Counted from the first letter of the stretch, positions 27,351-41,229 are shown. The stretch: 64,000 nt of DNA from Eledone cirrhosa (GCA_964016885.1 OZ024746.1:14694001-14758000), one strand, 5' to 3'. Numbers and translations are program-made. Notes: a model not told the origin generated them from the letters alone.

Positions 27351-28097
27351 GTGAAATTTACTTTACACGTGTTTTACCATTATCATACTGTCGTTGTTTA
27401 CTTCTAAAATAAATAAATAAACGATGAATAATCACCAGACAAAATAAAAGGGGTTTGATGTTTTAGTCAGTCAAATTATACATATTTTTTTCTGTGCTGT
27501 CGTGTATAATTAACAAGCTGCAATGTTCATGAGAAGATGTATTAAGTCCCATCATTAAAAAATATCATCAGCAGCGATTTTTGAATGACGTATGAAGAAT
27601 GCAATAGAAACCACTAGCTGGTAGTCTGATAATTCGGCTATTTTAAGAGAAAGTAAAACCTCTTAAATTTTAAAATGCTTTAGTTTTGGAAGGAAAACAT
27701 TTCATTTAGTAGTATAAACTAGTTGGTAACGTGATATTAAAGTTAAATTCGCTAAGTTCTATGACGTTTGTTCCCAGTAAATAACTTGAGTGTCTCATTT
27801 ATTTTATGCGAAAAGTTGACGTTGCCTTTTCTTGTCGGACTGTGGTTCCTCAATGTTACAATATTTGGTAGCTTTCCTATTAATATCTTCAACAAGAATA
27901 AATGTTTTTATTATTAATACTAATGTTCGAGATTGTTGGGGAGCAGAGGTGAGAAAGAATGTTTCACTCAGTTTGCTTTTACTTTATTCACAAGGATTGG
28001 GTCGTCCAAGATTATAGTAGAATCGCAGGGCTGGATTTAGACCTTGGAGGGCCCAGGGCACGTCAGGTTTTTTTTTTTTGGGGGGGGGGGGGGGGCA

Positions 28098-29183
28098 CAT
28101 CATCATCATCATCGTTTAACGTCTATCTTCTTCCACGCTAGCATGGGTTTAGACAGGAATTGTCACACTTGAGGCAAGATTGGTCGTCTCGCTCGTATAG
28201 GACTGTCTGGCAGGTTTTCTACGGCTGGATGACCTTCCTAACACCAACCACGTTTACCGTGTGGACTGGGAGATTTTTACCGTGTTACCTACACGGCCAC
28301 ATTAAAGCGTGGACTGTTTTTTCGTTTTGTTTTTTTGTCGTAACACCTACACAACCTCATTTATTTAGGACTGGATGTTGTGGTACCAACATAACTTTAC
28401 AGAGAAAGGGGTAGAGTTGGGATGGGGGTGTATATTTGATTAAGAGGTGCCTACTGACTGTATGTTTCGCTTTGTACTTAGGCAAGGCGGGTTTTCTGTA
28501 TTACTGCGTAGCACCAAAGATCTCGGTCCAGTGACACTGTCTTAGAGAGGTGTAAGGTCGGAATTTATCAAATCGTCCCAGGTTTTTCTGGGTCTGCCTA
28601 CTCCGTAACTTCCATCAATTTTGATCGCCCTGCACTTTTTTATACAGCTGTCGTCGTTCATGCGCATCACGTGACCATACCAACGTAGTCTTCTCTCGAG
28701 TAAACAGCATCTGATCCCTCTTATACCTAATTTCTCACTTAGTTCATTTATGCTTTGTTGTTCACGTATATTACTATTACACATCCAGTGGAGCATGCAT
28801 GCTTCGTTCCTCTCCAGTCTGTGCAGATCCTCTGCACACAATGCCATGTAACATAGCTGTTCGTATGCAGGCATCATACAGTCTGCCTTTCATTTTTAGA
28901 GAGAAACCTTTAGTGGCCAATAGTGGTATAAGCTCTCTGAACTTTTTCCATCCCATTCTGACTCTGGCTACTGTACTTTCTGAGCACCCTCCACCACTGC
29001 TGATTTTGTCACCCAGGGAACAGAAGGTGTCCACTTTTTCTATAGAGCCATCTGGGCAATAGAAGGAGCTAGTATCCTGTGGGCACTTGCTACTTATTTC
29101 ACCTGAGCACCGGCCACATATAAAATCTACGTTCTTAGATAGCTTACTTGTGATCCCATTACATCTTATGCACCCATACTTTG
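28098..29183 (-). mobile_element. Young 5'-truncated RTE LINE with 3'UTR and tail
   Basis: ORFs 28542..28877 and 28777..29211 (SSGGGCSES, RLRWYGHV, GRPRKTW). Confidence 0.93.
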
Positions 29184-29840
29184 CATTTATATAAACAAAA
29201 ATAGAATACACAGAAAACCCCCAATTTTACATTTCAAAATCAGTTTGGTGCAAGTAATTGTAATTGAAAAGTTATACATACAGATATTAAATGCTAAAAA
29301 TTTAACCATCCTAAAACTAAAAAGCCCAGCAGAGGGCACAAATAAATTGCTATGGCCTTGCTAGTTGAGCCCCCCACTGCAATACTATGGGTATATGGTT
29401 AGAATGTCTAAGAAAGAATCACTGGACAGATTTTACCTGCAAAACCAACCAGCAGAAGACCCAGGGGAGATGGTTGCATAAGATCCATGAGCTCAGTTGG
29501 TTTCACTTGAGGATCCAGCTAAATCAGTTGGAGACAGTTGCTTGTAATAGGACCCACTGGAAAGAGTGTTTGGGGATTCTGCCCCCACGACCCTCTCAAG
29601 AAGAAGAAGAAGAAGAATGTTCACATCTTCTGACTTTACATATTTGGTTCACTTTGTCAATAATGACATTCTAGAAAGATTGTTTTCAGGTTCTCCATTT
29701 TCCTATACAATTCTTCTACCTCTCACCTTGAGTTGCTTTATGTTATCATTACTCTTTGCAATAGATATTGATGACCATTATCTGACAAGATATACACAAA
29801 GTATGTATTTCATGTTTTTGCAATGACTCTAACTACATCC

Positions 29841-30252
29841 TTAACCCTTTAGCATTTAAACCGGCCATATCCAGCCAGAATTCTCTCACCTTTTTTGGTT
29901 CAAATTGGCCATAACTTGCCCCTCATACCAACTTTAAGGTATTGTTCTAAAAAAAAATGATATCAAAATCTCATAAATTCGATATTATATAAGATAATTA
30001 TGTAAAGTAAAGCCTCTACTGTGAAAATCCAATAGTATATATAGAGTAATGTTAACCCTTTAGCATTCAAACCTCTTTCTATTCAAACTGGCCATAAATG
30101 GCCACTTATAGTGATGTTAAGGTATTGTTCTCAAAATAAATAATATCAAAATCTCATAGATTCGATATTATGTAAAATAATTATGTGAAATAAAGCCTTT
30201 TCCACGAAAATACAATAGTAAATATAGGGTAATGTAAATGCTAAATGGTTAA
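29841..30252. mobile_element. piggyBac-like MITE, tandem dimer
   Basis: TTAA-CCCTTTAGCATT at 29841 and 30052; ends AATGCTAAATGG-TTAA. Confidence 0.8.
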
Positions 30253-31055
30253 TTAAATTTTCAGCAAGGATGTTATATCTGCTAAGAGTTTCTCTGGTGA
30301 TAAGTATGAAATAAAAGCCTGAAAGAGAAACATTCGTTGTTATTTTCTATCTTTTTGGGGGTTAGTTATCTTGAAACAAAGGAAGTTGCATTGAGTCAGT
30401 CAGATGTAATGAGATGGGGGAGGTAATGATTCATGTGGTTACTTTATTGCTGTAATAAGTATTTATTTATACTGAGAAGAGAAGCGTGTAGATGTATTGA
30501 CAGAAGTAAACTGGCCAAAAGTGAAAAAGGAGTGAAAACACCAGAGATAACTGACAAAACATACATGTGTAAAGTAGTTCCTGTCAGATTACTATACCAT
30601 CCTTACCAATGAAAGGATTATAGTTATACAATAGATTTCAGAAATAAATTCTAATAAATGTTGTGTTTATTAGAGGATTGATTGTCTTCATAGTGAGAGG
30701 AAGGATAATTGTCAAGAACATCATGTGATGTATGTTTGCATGTAATATAGTTTAACATAGAAGGCATAACAAAACTTAATTATGGAGTTCATTATCTATA
30801 ACTTAGTGGTTTGTGTATTTCTCAGCCACTTCTGGTTGTTACTGGGGTCCTTTGTTCAGGGACACTCTATTACATGTTTCAGTTGACAGGCTGAGGCCAC
30901 GCTGGGGCATCACTATCAGACATTGTTTATGTTGAAGTAGCAAGGTATAATTTTTATTGTAGGAATTTTGAAATAAAAATATTTGTGTGGCTTTGGTAGA
31001 TCATGGGCTATTTTGTTGTCCACAATGTTGAGCTTGTTGTTATTATAGTTATACA

Positions 31056-31120
31056 TTCTGAGTTCAAATCCTGTCGAGGTTAGCTTTGCTTTTCATCCTT
31101 TCGGGCTCAAAATAAAGCAC
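31056..31120 (+). mobile_element. Partial Meta-like SINE
   Basis: TTCTGAGTTCAAATCCTGTCGAGGTTAGCTTTGCTTTTCATCCTTTCGGG. Confidence 0.75.
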
Positions 31121-31610
31121 TGGTTGTTGATATAGTTGTTGATGTGACTATAACTGGTTGTTGATGTTGTTGCTATGACTATAACTGGTTGTTGATGTTG
31201 TTGCTGTGACTATAACTGGTTGTTGATATAGCTGTTGTTGCTGTGACTATAATTGGTTGTTGATGTTGTTGCTATGACTATAACTGGTTGTTGATGTTGT
31301 TGCTGTGACTATAACTGGTTGTTGATTTTGTTGCTATGACTATAACTGGTTGTTGATGTTGTTGCTATGACCATAACTGGTTGCTGATGTTGTTGCTATG
31401 ACTATAACTGGTTGTTGATGTGACTATAACTGGTTGTTGATGTCGATGTGACTATAACTGGTTGTTGATATAGTTGTTGATGTGACTATAACTGGTTGTT
31501 GATGTTGTTGATGTGACTATAACTGGTTGTTGATATAGTTGTTTGATGTGTCTATACTGGTTGTTGCTGTGACTATATCTGGTTGTTGATATAGTTGTGG
31601 CTGTTATAAC
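31120..31610. repeat. Minisatellite, ~22-40-bp variants of GTGACTATAACTGGTTGTTGATGTTGTTGCT
   Basis: Roughly 15 tandem units read directly. Confidence 0.95.
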
Positions 31611-32116
31611 TTATTGCTTTTGCAAAGAGCAGACCTGCCAACCTCGAAAAACCCAAATGGGGAGTGCTATGAAAAAAAGTGCCCCAAAACGAGGAGAAAT
31701 GAGGCAAAATTGGGGAGTTTTTACGTAATGAACGTTATAGCCATTTTCACAAGAGAAGACATCTCTCACCCACCCCAAAGTTAGTAGGAGATCTCCCTGT
31801 AGGAAGGAGAGAGTTGACAGGTCTGAAAGAGTGATGTTGTTACTGTTGTTATTTTTGCCACTGCTGTCATTGTTCTTGTTGACATTACCACAACCAAAAG
31901 ATGTTACTTTTGCTACCACAGTCATTGTTGTTGTTGCTGCTGTTGTTATTTTTGCCACTACTGTCTTTGCTGTTTTGTTTGTTTTCATTTTAACCTGTTC
32001 TGTCTTCATCCTCCTCTTTCTTGTTGTCATACCAGCAGTGTTAGCAGTTCATTCAGATGGTCAAGAGAAAAGGTGTAAGGTAAAATGAAAAGATGCAGGC
32101 AAAGGGAAAGAAAGGC

Positions 32117-32172
<56 letters not shown>

Positions 32173-32349
32173 TGTCCTATCAACAGCCATAGCAGTTGGG
32201 GTAAGCTTCAGCCAAAACATAGGATTATTATTTAAAATTTAAAAAATTTTTCTTCTTTGTTTTGGGAGAAAATTCCTACTTGAAAGATTCATTTTAAAGA
32301 GATCTCAAAAATTGTACATACATTAAAATTACATATATGTATACCATTG

Positions 32350-33180
32350 TCATTTTACATCTGCAATTCCATGTTTGCAAAGGTGGGTGGGTCCTTTTCA
32401 GCACACCATCTCTTCACTTGTTGCAATTTTTTGTCAACTCTATCATGAGCTTCAGTGATTTGAGATCAGCTCTCAACACCTCTGCTAAGGTCTTTCTTGA
32501 TTTTTCTCTTCTTTGGCTTCCTTCCACTAGGATTTCATGGCACTTCATGCAATGGTCATCATCCATACGTATCACATGTCCACACCAGCACAGTCTTCTC
32601 TCCTGCACACAACATCTGATTTCTCTTATACTTAGTTACTGTCTCAGTTCATTCATGCTTTGTTGTTCACATACATTAATATTGCAGATCAATCAAAGTA
32701 TGCTGTCTTTATTTCTCTTCAGCTTTCGCATATCCTCTCCAGTCGCTGTCCATATTTCATTAACATGCAGCATTGTACATTGCACACAGCCGACCTTTCA
32801 TTCATAGGGAGAAATCTTTTGATGTCAACAGAGATACTATCTCTCTAAACTTCTTCCATCCTGTTCTTATTCTAGCTACTATGTGCCTGGAGCACTCACC
32901 TCCATAGCTAATTTGGTCACCTAGATAACAAAAGCTATCAACCACCTCTATGAATTTTACCTAGGATTGAAAAAAAAGTTTATCACTGACATTTTTACTA
33001 TCAATTTTCTCTGTTAGTCTACCTCCTATCCTGCTACACTTCTTGTGAACCCAAGATTAGCTTTGTGTACATAGTATAGAGTTTCTACCTACTTTTTTCT
33101 GTATATCAAACTGAGCCATTTCCCTGATGGGATCAGGGCCTTGTCTTCTTTCCTGCTTATTAACACATTGGTTTTGGTTA
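32350..33180 (-). mobile_element. Decayed RTE LINE 3' half
   Basis: QERRLCWCGHVIRMDDD; reverse-complement homolog of 45420-46265. Confidence 0.88.
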
Positions 33181-33539
33181 TATATCACCATCATTGTTTT
33201 TGCATAGGTTAGATAGGTTGTCATGTCATGAGACAAGTTGGATCAGCAGACAGTGTCTTTCTCATACGGACCTATATTTTGGCTTTTTCTTCTATGGTTG
33301 GATGCCCTAGCACAAAGTGCATTACAGCGTGGACGGGGTGCTTTTTATCATGGCACTAAAACGACCATCTAACAGGGTGGACTGGATGTTTTTTGTCATG
33401 TCACTAGCATGACCACCTTACAAAGTGGACTGATATGTATATATGTGTGTGTATATATATGAAATGTTTACATCTTCATCTCCACAACATTGTTTTCTCT
33501 GAGCATCGAAAAAAATAATATCTATGTGTGTGTGTACAA

Positions 33540-33990
33540 GTATGTATATGAAAAATGCAATATTGCATAGCAGTGAGACATGGACAGTAAATGTAGAGGA
33601 TATATGGAGGCTGGAGAGAAATGAAATGAACATACTGCATTGGATGTGCAATGATAGTCTGTATGAATGACATGGGATGTGTGAGTTGAGAGAAAAGCTG
33701 TATACAAGAGGAATCAAATGTAATGTACACCAAAGAAGACTGTGCTGGTTTGGATATGTGATGTGTACAGATTATGATAATTGGGTGAAGAAGTGCCAAG
33801 TGATGCAGGTGGAAGGAAGTTACAATAGACGACCAAGAAAAACACGAGCAGAGGCAGTTAGAGCTGATATCGACATACTGAAACTCACAGAGGAGATGAT
33901 GAAGGAGCATTGCAAGTCAAGGGAGGTTGTTCTAGTAACGACCCATCCAACCCATGCGAGCATGAAAGAGCAGATGTTAAATGATGATAT
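33540..33990 (+). mobile_element. RTE LINE 3' end
   Basis: RRLCWFGYVM...RPRKT; tail CCCATGCGAGCATG...GATGAT. Confidence 0.88.
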
Positions 33991-34129
33991 ATATATGTAC
34001 ATATGATAAAATTATATCTGCATAAATACAGTGTGTGTAACCAAGACTGCAGTATGCACCCTTAATGGAGTCCAATTCACATGTTTCAATTTAACACCAT
34101 TTATCCAAACACAAATATTTGGGCATTCA

Positions 34130-34950
34130 TATAGAGACATCAGGGCAACAAGAAGCTGACCATCAATCCCATACTCATGCAGAACCTTCTACAGCAAGTC
34201 CTGTGGAATATAGCCATATGCCTTTTTCGAGGTTTACAAAGCAAGAATACACCTCTTGGCAATACTCCTTCGATTTCTCAAAGACCTGCCGCAGTGTGAA
34301 TATTTGGCCAACTGAGCTGTGTCCGAGGTTCATCAGCTAACCTGGACTTAACAATCTCCCTACATTTCGTTGTCAGACACTTAGCATAGACTTTACCAAG
34401 GAGGCTTATCAAAGAGATCCCTCTATAATTGGAGCAAGCTTTCTTGTCTCCCTTTTTGAAAATTGAGATTATCATTCCCGATTGACATTGCTTAGGTACC
34501 TTTCCAGAGATCAAAGCCATCTGGCACACATGAGTCAGCCAGAGAATACCTTTTCTATTTAAGGTTTTTAACATCTCAGGCAGAATTTCATCCTTCTCAA
34601 TGGCCTTGCCACATTGAACTCTTTAATTGCCTTTGTGACCTCAGCCTCTGAGAGATTAGTCACCACTCCCAGATGCACCTCATGTACATCAGAAAATGCC
34701 TCTTGTGATTGGGTTTAGGAGATCAGCAAAGTATCCTCTCCACTTTGTAAGGATACACCTCTCTGGAGAGAGGAGAACCCCAGATGCATTCCTGATAGCA
34801 GGTGTGGAGGAGGAATTCTTATCATGAAGTTGGTGGATGGTCTGCCAGAACACTTTATTTGCTGATCTGAAGTCAGATTCAAGCTTAACTCCAAAGTCCT
34901 CTCATGACTTAATTTTGGATGCCTTTACTGACTCTAGTGTGATTCTTCAT
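34130..34950 (-). mobile_element. RTE (Expander-like) fragment
   Basis: IFKKGDKKACSNYRGISLISLLGKVYAK. Confidence 0.85.
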
Positions 34951-34979
34951 GAACATACTTATTTCAATAAATTTTCTTG

Positions 34980-35640
34980 AGTTCCTGGAAATGCATCTTA
35001 CATTGCATTGCATCATATTTCACCTTGTCTGATGGTTGGCAAATATGTAATGAACAATTCTTCTTCACCCTTCTCTATCTTTATCATATCTTTCAATTCA
35101 ATGAATTTATTGCTGATGATTTTTGTGCAATCAAACGAAGGGAAACGTTTGCAGCATGGTCCAGTCTTCTCAGTTGCTGCAATAGTGACAAGTCATTTCA
35201 AATCCATCCCAGCAGAACCATATAATATATGTCCAAAATATTGCAATTGCTATTTCCTAATGTCTTGTCGTAGTATTGAGCCATCCAGTTGCATCTTTTT
35301 CAGTATTTGAGAGTAACTCACTAGCTCAGTCCAAGGAATTTTCAATATCTGGCAGTAGCCCCACATTTCAAAAACTTCTATTGAATAATATCCCTAGTCA
35401 TAGGCCATACCTCGTAACCATATCAGAATACCGACCACACATAAGCTCTGAGTATCCTAATCTTCATAAAAATATTGAGGTTATTCCACATAAGGTGAGC
35501 ACCCAGTATGAGTACTGGCTTCACTATACTCAATTGACATAGGATTTCCCAAATATGACCATCATTATGTATCATAACTCCTAGATATCTAAATCTCTGC
35601 TCCTTTTTAATCACTCCCTCTTCTACATGGCAGGGACAAG
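34980..35640 (-). mobile_element. RTE fragment (post-RT)
   Basis: FRYLGVMIHNDG, KIRILRAYVWSVF. Confidence 0.7.
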
Positions 35641-36959
35641 ATAACCCTCTAGTGTTGGTGAACAAACAAATGGTGACAATATAGAGAAGAGTGAACTTTT
35701 TAATTTTGCCAGGGACTAAACAACTTTTTTGTTGCTGGTGCAACAATAAAATGCACCCAGTATATGCTGGTAGGTGGTTAAGAATAGGAAGGGCATCTTG
35801 CTATGGGAAATATGCTAAATATTGAACTAATGGACGAGTTGAGGTTCCAAACCTGTCAAGGAGATCAGTAATTTCGAATATGGACCCCAACTGTAACAAC
35901 CTTTCCACCTCATGATAGCAGGGAAATAAAAGCATTAAATTGATAATAAAGATAATTTTCCAAACGTATAAATTTTGTAACATTTCAGCCGAAAATTTAA
36001 ATTGGGTCGTAGATTTGCCAGGAATTCACCCATAAAAAGATATAATGGAAAAGAATGAAAAGTCTCAATTTCAAAGACTTTAATTTTCTTATAGCTTGTT
36101 TTCGAAAAAATATTTTTTAAATATAGAAACATCTAGTGAAAAAGTAGCAAACATTTCGTTAAAATTCAAAATCCTCTTGGAGAGACTTTCCTAGCTATAT
36201 TCTGCTTGACAGGATGCTTAATGAAGTTCAACTATATTAACCAATCAAAATACCTATTCCTTATTATAAATAAATAAATTTTTCACTGATATATAGTTAA
36301 AAAAAGAAAGAAAAAAAAAATGAGTATTGACTAATGAAAATGACGAATTGTGCACGTATCATGTCCGTTGTTGACGCTAATAGAATAATTTCTTGTCATT
36401 TTACACTATGAAAACTATAAAATTTCGGGATAGAAAATTTTTAATTAATGTAGAAGTTTTTGTTTAATATGTAAACCATTATCATTATTTATAACCTTAT
36501 CGTTAAAGCCGGAAGACACTTTATCTTTCCATATAACATGTTAAGAGGTTTATTTTCAGACAACGATCTGAAATGCTATTTCATGTAGGGGGTTTCATCC
36601 ATCAACTCAAGGGCTTGAGTAAGCAGTCTTTGGTACTACTTTCTGCAAACTTTTTATCCATTTTTCGTGGAGTGACTTCTTTTCATATAAAATTATTTAT
36701 AAATCCAAATTATAAAAACCATTCTATTGTGAGTTATCATAAAATTGTTTGAAAGGAGCTTATTTTAAGTGTAAATGAAAACTAATTTTTCGGCGGAGGA
36801 ATGTCATTTACAACTGCGCAGTATGATCCATACATCTGCGCAAACCTCTAAAAAATTATGAATTCTACTTATTTTTATACTTTTATTCTTAAAAATTGTT
36901 CTTTAAAAGTATTTTTTCGTACTTTATAATGTTAGAAACTATAAAAAATGGGTTGATTT

Positions 36960-37156
36960 GGTATGTTTAGGTGCTTATAAGTGAACCGCATCTCCCAGCC
37001 GAAGTGTCGACTCTGCTTTGTTCTGGGTCATGCTAATAAATAAATCTGCATAGTTTATACACACAGCTTATGGCGGCCATTTTTACTGGCAACTAGTCGT
37101 GAACGAAAATTATGAGTAACATTTCGGATAAGAAATGGCCCGAAATTTAACACAAG
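36960..37156 (+). promoter_or_regulatory. INO80D: Probable INO80D promoter and non-coding exon 1 with YY1-like motif
   Basis: CpG-richer TE-free region; ATGGCGGCCATTTT at 37070-37083; consensus donor CAAG|GTAAGC at 37156/37157. Confidence 0.6.
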
Positions 37157-39186
37157 GTAAGCTCAAATCCATCGGTTTAAGTTTTAAAAAATGAATCGCT
37201 AAAAGTTGATGTAAGCGTCTTTAAAAATAATTATTGTGACTGAAAAAGAAACTATTAAATAACCTCTCCGAAAAGCATATAGAAAATTTAAGATTTCTCG
37301 TTTATTTTTCACTCGAACGATTTATATTTTGTATTCATTAAATTGTAGAAACTTTCCTTGAATCATATTTAGACTAACTGGAAACCAATAATTATTTTTA
37401 TCAAGAGAACTTACGAAGTTTTTTTTTGTTATTCAGTAAACGAATTTCATTGAAATTCGTCAATAATGAATTTGTAATTGTCAGTTTTTAAACCTTCATA
37501 TAATTTCAGTTATAGGTTTATTATTGTCGATCGTATTTATTCAAAACGTAAGAAAATATCTATTCATAGATCTTAAGTATGTTTATGAAGTGTATATATA
37601 ATTGTCTTATACGAATAGTATATTGTTTATTTTTGGTTAAGTGTATAAAGATACACATATGTGAGGAGCTACGTGTGTTTTATGTGTACTTCCGTGTTAA
37701 AATCATAATATATATTAGACATCGTTACCACTGTTAATGTTTATTACAATATTTAATATTAATGCAGTTTAATTCTACTGTAGATGAAGTTTTCAATGTA
37801 TTTAACTTGATTACTATGAAATATATTACAGAGGGTATACAATATCTCTGAATCCTAAAGCTATAATCATACCTGATATTCGTAATTTTTTACTCTTGTA
37901 TCTATATTGATGTCTATCGTTTTAAGTAGCCTATTTCACATGATATTTGCTATATATCTTACACTGGATATGTTTGTATATATTCCTTGCATTGTTAATT
38001 ATTTTTAAACTACGCCACATGGTGTCTTATTTATAGAAGGTATAACATTTTAATTTCTCTCAACTGAAATTAAGGAGTAATTTTATAATTTTTATTAAGT
38101 ATTAAAGGTTAATTGCAGGCAATATATATATTTAATGTATATTTTGTATTTCCTTTAGATGTGTTATGAATTTAGTATTTTACAGTAACTGCTGTGTTTC
38201 CCGTAGTGTATACAGGAAGTTGTTGCCTTCCCATAATTTTAGGAAGTCCTTTGTATATTGAAGAGTAAAATAAGATTGTCTTCTACTTCCTTTTAGTATT
38301 CAATACTCCTTTAATTTACCATTTATGTCGTTTTTAGATTTTAGTATTCATTAACAATATGTTTCTTTGGTTTTTGTAAAGACGTTTTCTTGTTATAGCT
38401 GCAACAGTAAGAAAGTAATTATGAAAATTGGGTGGGGTTCAAAATAAACACCAACATTGTGGTCTGGTTGACACACTACTTCATTTTACGACTAGCTTAA
38501 CTGATTATTAATTAATGTTTCTCAATTTTAGAATTATTATTATTCAAATTCCTTCCCAAATGAAACGGATTGTGAACCTAGAAATCGATGACTGCTCAGA
38601 ATGTGTAGTTGCTGTTTGTTATCCATTCTGGCAGGTTACGTTGATCACAATAATATGTACATTAAACGTCATCGTAGTATTGAGTGCTTTTCACATCTTA
38701 AATATGTTATTAATTTACAGCAATTCTTGTTTAATATTGTAAACACAAATTTAACAATACTCTCAGAACTAATTTTCGTACATATTTCTAATAAATGTTG
38801 TGAATAACATCGTATGTTGATAGTAGTTATAGTAAACGCCTCGGTTTCAAGAATTTATTTACAAAAATAACAAACGATTCGCTTAGCTCCGTTTTCTTTA
38901 TATGTGGGCACGCGCGGTTTTATATGTATGTGTATGAATGTGTGTATGTTGTATATTTGCACATATATACGATGGCTCGCTCACTATTTAATGTATATAT
39001 ATGTTTGTATATATGTATTTATGTATTTATGTATATATATATATGTGTGTGTGTTTGTATATATATATATGTTTGTGTGTTTGTATATATATATATGTTT
39101 GTGTATATGTATGTATATATATATGTTTGTGTGTGCACACACACGTATATATGTTTGTGTGTATATATATGTGTGTTTGTGTGTAA

Positions 39187-39225
<39 letters not shown>

Positions 39226-39239
39226 CATTGCCTTGCAAT

Positions 39240-39566
39240 GGAGGCACATGGCTTAGTGGTTAGAGCATTGGCCTTGCAATCGAAAGGTTGTGAGTTCAAT
39301 TCTCAGACCGGGTGATGTGTTGTTTCCTTGAGCAAGACACTTTATTTCACATTGCTCCAGTTTACTCAGCTGTAGAAATGACTGGGGTCCCTATCATTCC
39401 ACTGCAAAGTGGTCGTGGAGGTGCCAAGACAAAAAAGCACCCAGCACTTACTGTAAATGAGGTTGGTGTTAGGAAGGGCATCCAGCTGTAGAAATTAAGC
39501 CAGAATCAGTTCCCGTCCCACCCTTGCAAGCAGGGAAAAGCGGACGTAAAATAATGATGATGATGA
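39240..39566 (+). mobile_element. Full-length tRNA/CORE-like SINE with RTE-derived tail
   Basis: A box TGGCTTAGTGG, B box GAGTTCAATTC, CORE-like CCTTGAGCAAGACACTT, AGGAAGGGCATCCAGC, (GAT)n tail. Confidence 0.9.
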
Positions 39567-39569
39567 TAT

Positions 39570-39868
39570 GAGGAAATGAAAGAAAAGCGCCCTGGACACC
39601 TTCACTTGGGACTATAAGGGGGCTTTCCTTGAGGGAGACTAGAGTTTTGTGTTGATCTGAGTTAAAAATTGTTTTTCTGATAAAAGTTTCAAAATATATA
39701 CACATGTTTGTATATATATATACGAGGTACACTCATGAGGTTTTGAAACTTTTATCAGGGAAACAATTTTTAACTCAGATCTACACAAAACTCTAGTCTC
39801 CCTCAAGGAAAGCCTCCTTATAGTCCCCCCAAGTGAAGGTGTCCAGGACGCTTTTCTTTCATTTCCTC
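39570..39868. repeat. Inverted repeat (~125-bp arms) duplicating the mariner end
   Basis: 39570-39694 is the reverse complement of 39741-39868. Confidence 0.93.
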
Positions 39869-40340
39869 AGTCTTGATCCCCATATCGGCCAAGTAGTTGG
39901 TAACCAGGATGCATTTATGGCAAGGGACATTGTCTTGGTGCAGATTCCTCTGACCAGACTTAAAGAGTTCTGGTCTCTTGTGATGAAATCTCTTTTTGAA
40001 CAACCTCAAAACCTCTACATATTACTCTTTGACTAACTGTGTGTGTGTGTGTGTGGGGGGGGGGGGGGGGCTGTAGATGATGCCCTTGCTGTCAAAGAAT
40101 GGGATCATCGCAAGCTTTCCAGAGGACTTCCTTTGCTTGGCCTTCTTGTGTCTTTCGGTGTTAGAATATTTCCACTGGGTACTCTTCATTGAGCACCATG
40201 GGAACAAACTTTGCACATGTTCAAATCGTCATGAATGACTGCATACTGCCTTCTGCCACTTCAAATTGCTTAGCAATCGTCAGAAGACGTGAATTTTGTG
40301 CCTGAAAAGAATGTCTCAAAGCTTCTTGAATGTACCTCAA
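39721..40340 (-). mobile_element. Internally deleted mariner transposon
   Basis: LHQDNVPCH and STQWK...KKAK...SSGKLAMIPFFDSKGII; imperfect ~28-bp TIRs CGAGGTACACTCATGAGGTTTTGAAAC; (TA)n context. Confidence 0.88.
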
Positions 40341-40428
40341 ACATCTATGTTTGTATATATATATGTTTGTATGTATATATATATATATATGTTTGTATGT
40401 ATATATATATGTGTATGTATGTGTGAGA

Positions 40429-40461
<33 letters not shown>

Positions 40462-40699
40462 ATGGCAAATGGATATTGAATGATGATATATATATATATA
40501 CGCACACACATTTGCAGTATTACAGAAGACCCGCCCACCAGAACAAGCATGGATGAAGAGATTGAGACAATATAGAGTAGAGAGAACTCTATGAGCCTGC
40601 CGAGTTTCTAATGCCATCTATAGTGTTGGTACCACAATAAAATGCCCCCAGTATAATCTGTGAGAAGAGTTATGTATAAATACTGATGTTTACAAATAG

Positions 40700-41085
40700 G
40701 TATTACACGTTGGGCCATTTGGCAAATTCAACTTATTTACATTTGAACAGCTCCTCATGTATGCTATATTAGGCATGAAATACTCGTGTTAAAAACCAAA
40801 AGAAAAAATTGTATTTAAAAGTCATAGAGAAACTATAGGAAAATATTTAATTGAAATTGTGTGAAAATTGGTTGTCATGTTCTAAAAGTCTGAAATACCA
40901 CATCACCGATTAACCTGCCAAACTTAACACACTGGACTGTTCTTGTCAAAGGCCTAAACCATACCTACTAGACCAGTTATATAATGTGAAATATATCACC
41001 TCAACCATACCCCCAAAACCATAAGAGATTAAGACCTATTTGAGTGTGAGCAAAGGTAAATTTAAACACTGCTTCTTTTCGATAT
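40700..41085 (+). mobile_element. Penelope-like element GIY-YIG region, left part
   Basis: TIGKYLIEIV, LSCSKSL, DCSCQRPKPYLLD, KTYLSVSKGKFK resemble the Penelope linker and YIG motif. Confidence 0.55.
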
Positions 41086-41229
41086 GCAGACAAGCAAGAT
41101 GCTACAAATTTGTTCAGTCACAAATTACTCTATCAAATGAAAAGTCCTTGAGCGATGAGTCCAAGAAATGTCATTATGCACAGCAGAAATATGAAACATC
41201 TTCAATTAATGTAGGCTTTTCCTGCTGAC

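Noticed and set aside
28026-29379. hAT-like element (CAGGGCTGGATTTAG...CCCCACTG) around the RTE
   Set aside because: Termini match poorly and no 8-bp TSD is visible.
31120-31610. CRISPR-like repeat array
   Set aside because: No unique spacers, no cas genes, eukaryotic context; a simple minisatellite.
35110-35157. Hammerhead-like CTGATGA...GAAAC
   Set aside because: Conserved U16.1 is C, no stem I, and it lies antisense within an RTE fragment.
27300-37000. Bidirectional promoter shared by WDR37 and INO80D
   Set aside because: Putative starts are ~10 kb apart and separated by TEs; merely divergent genes.
39240-39312. tRNA gene
   Set aside because: A/B boxes run straight into a multi-copy SINE body; no proper acceptor stem.
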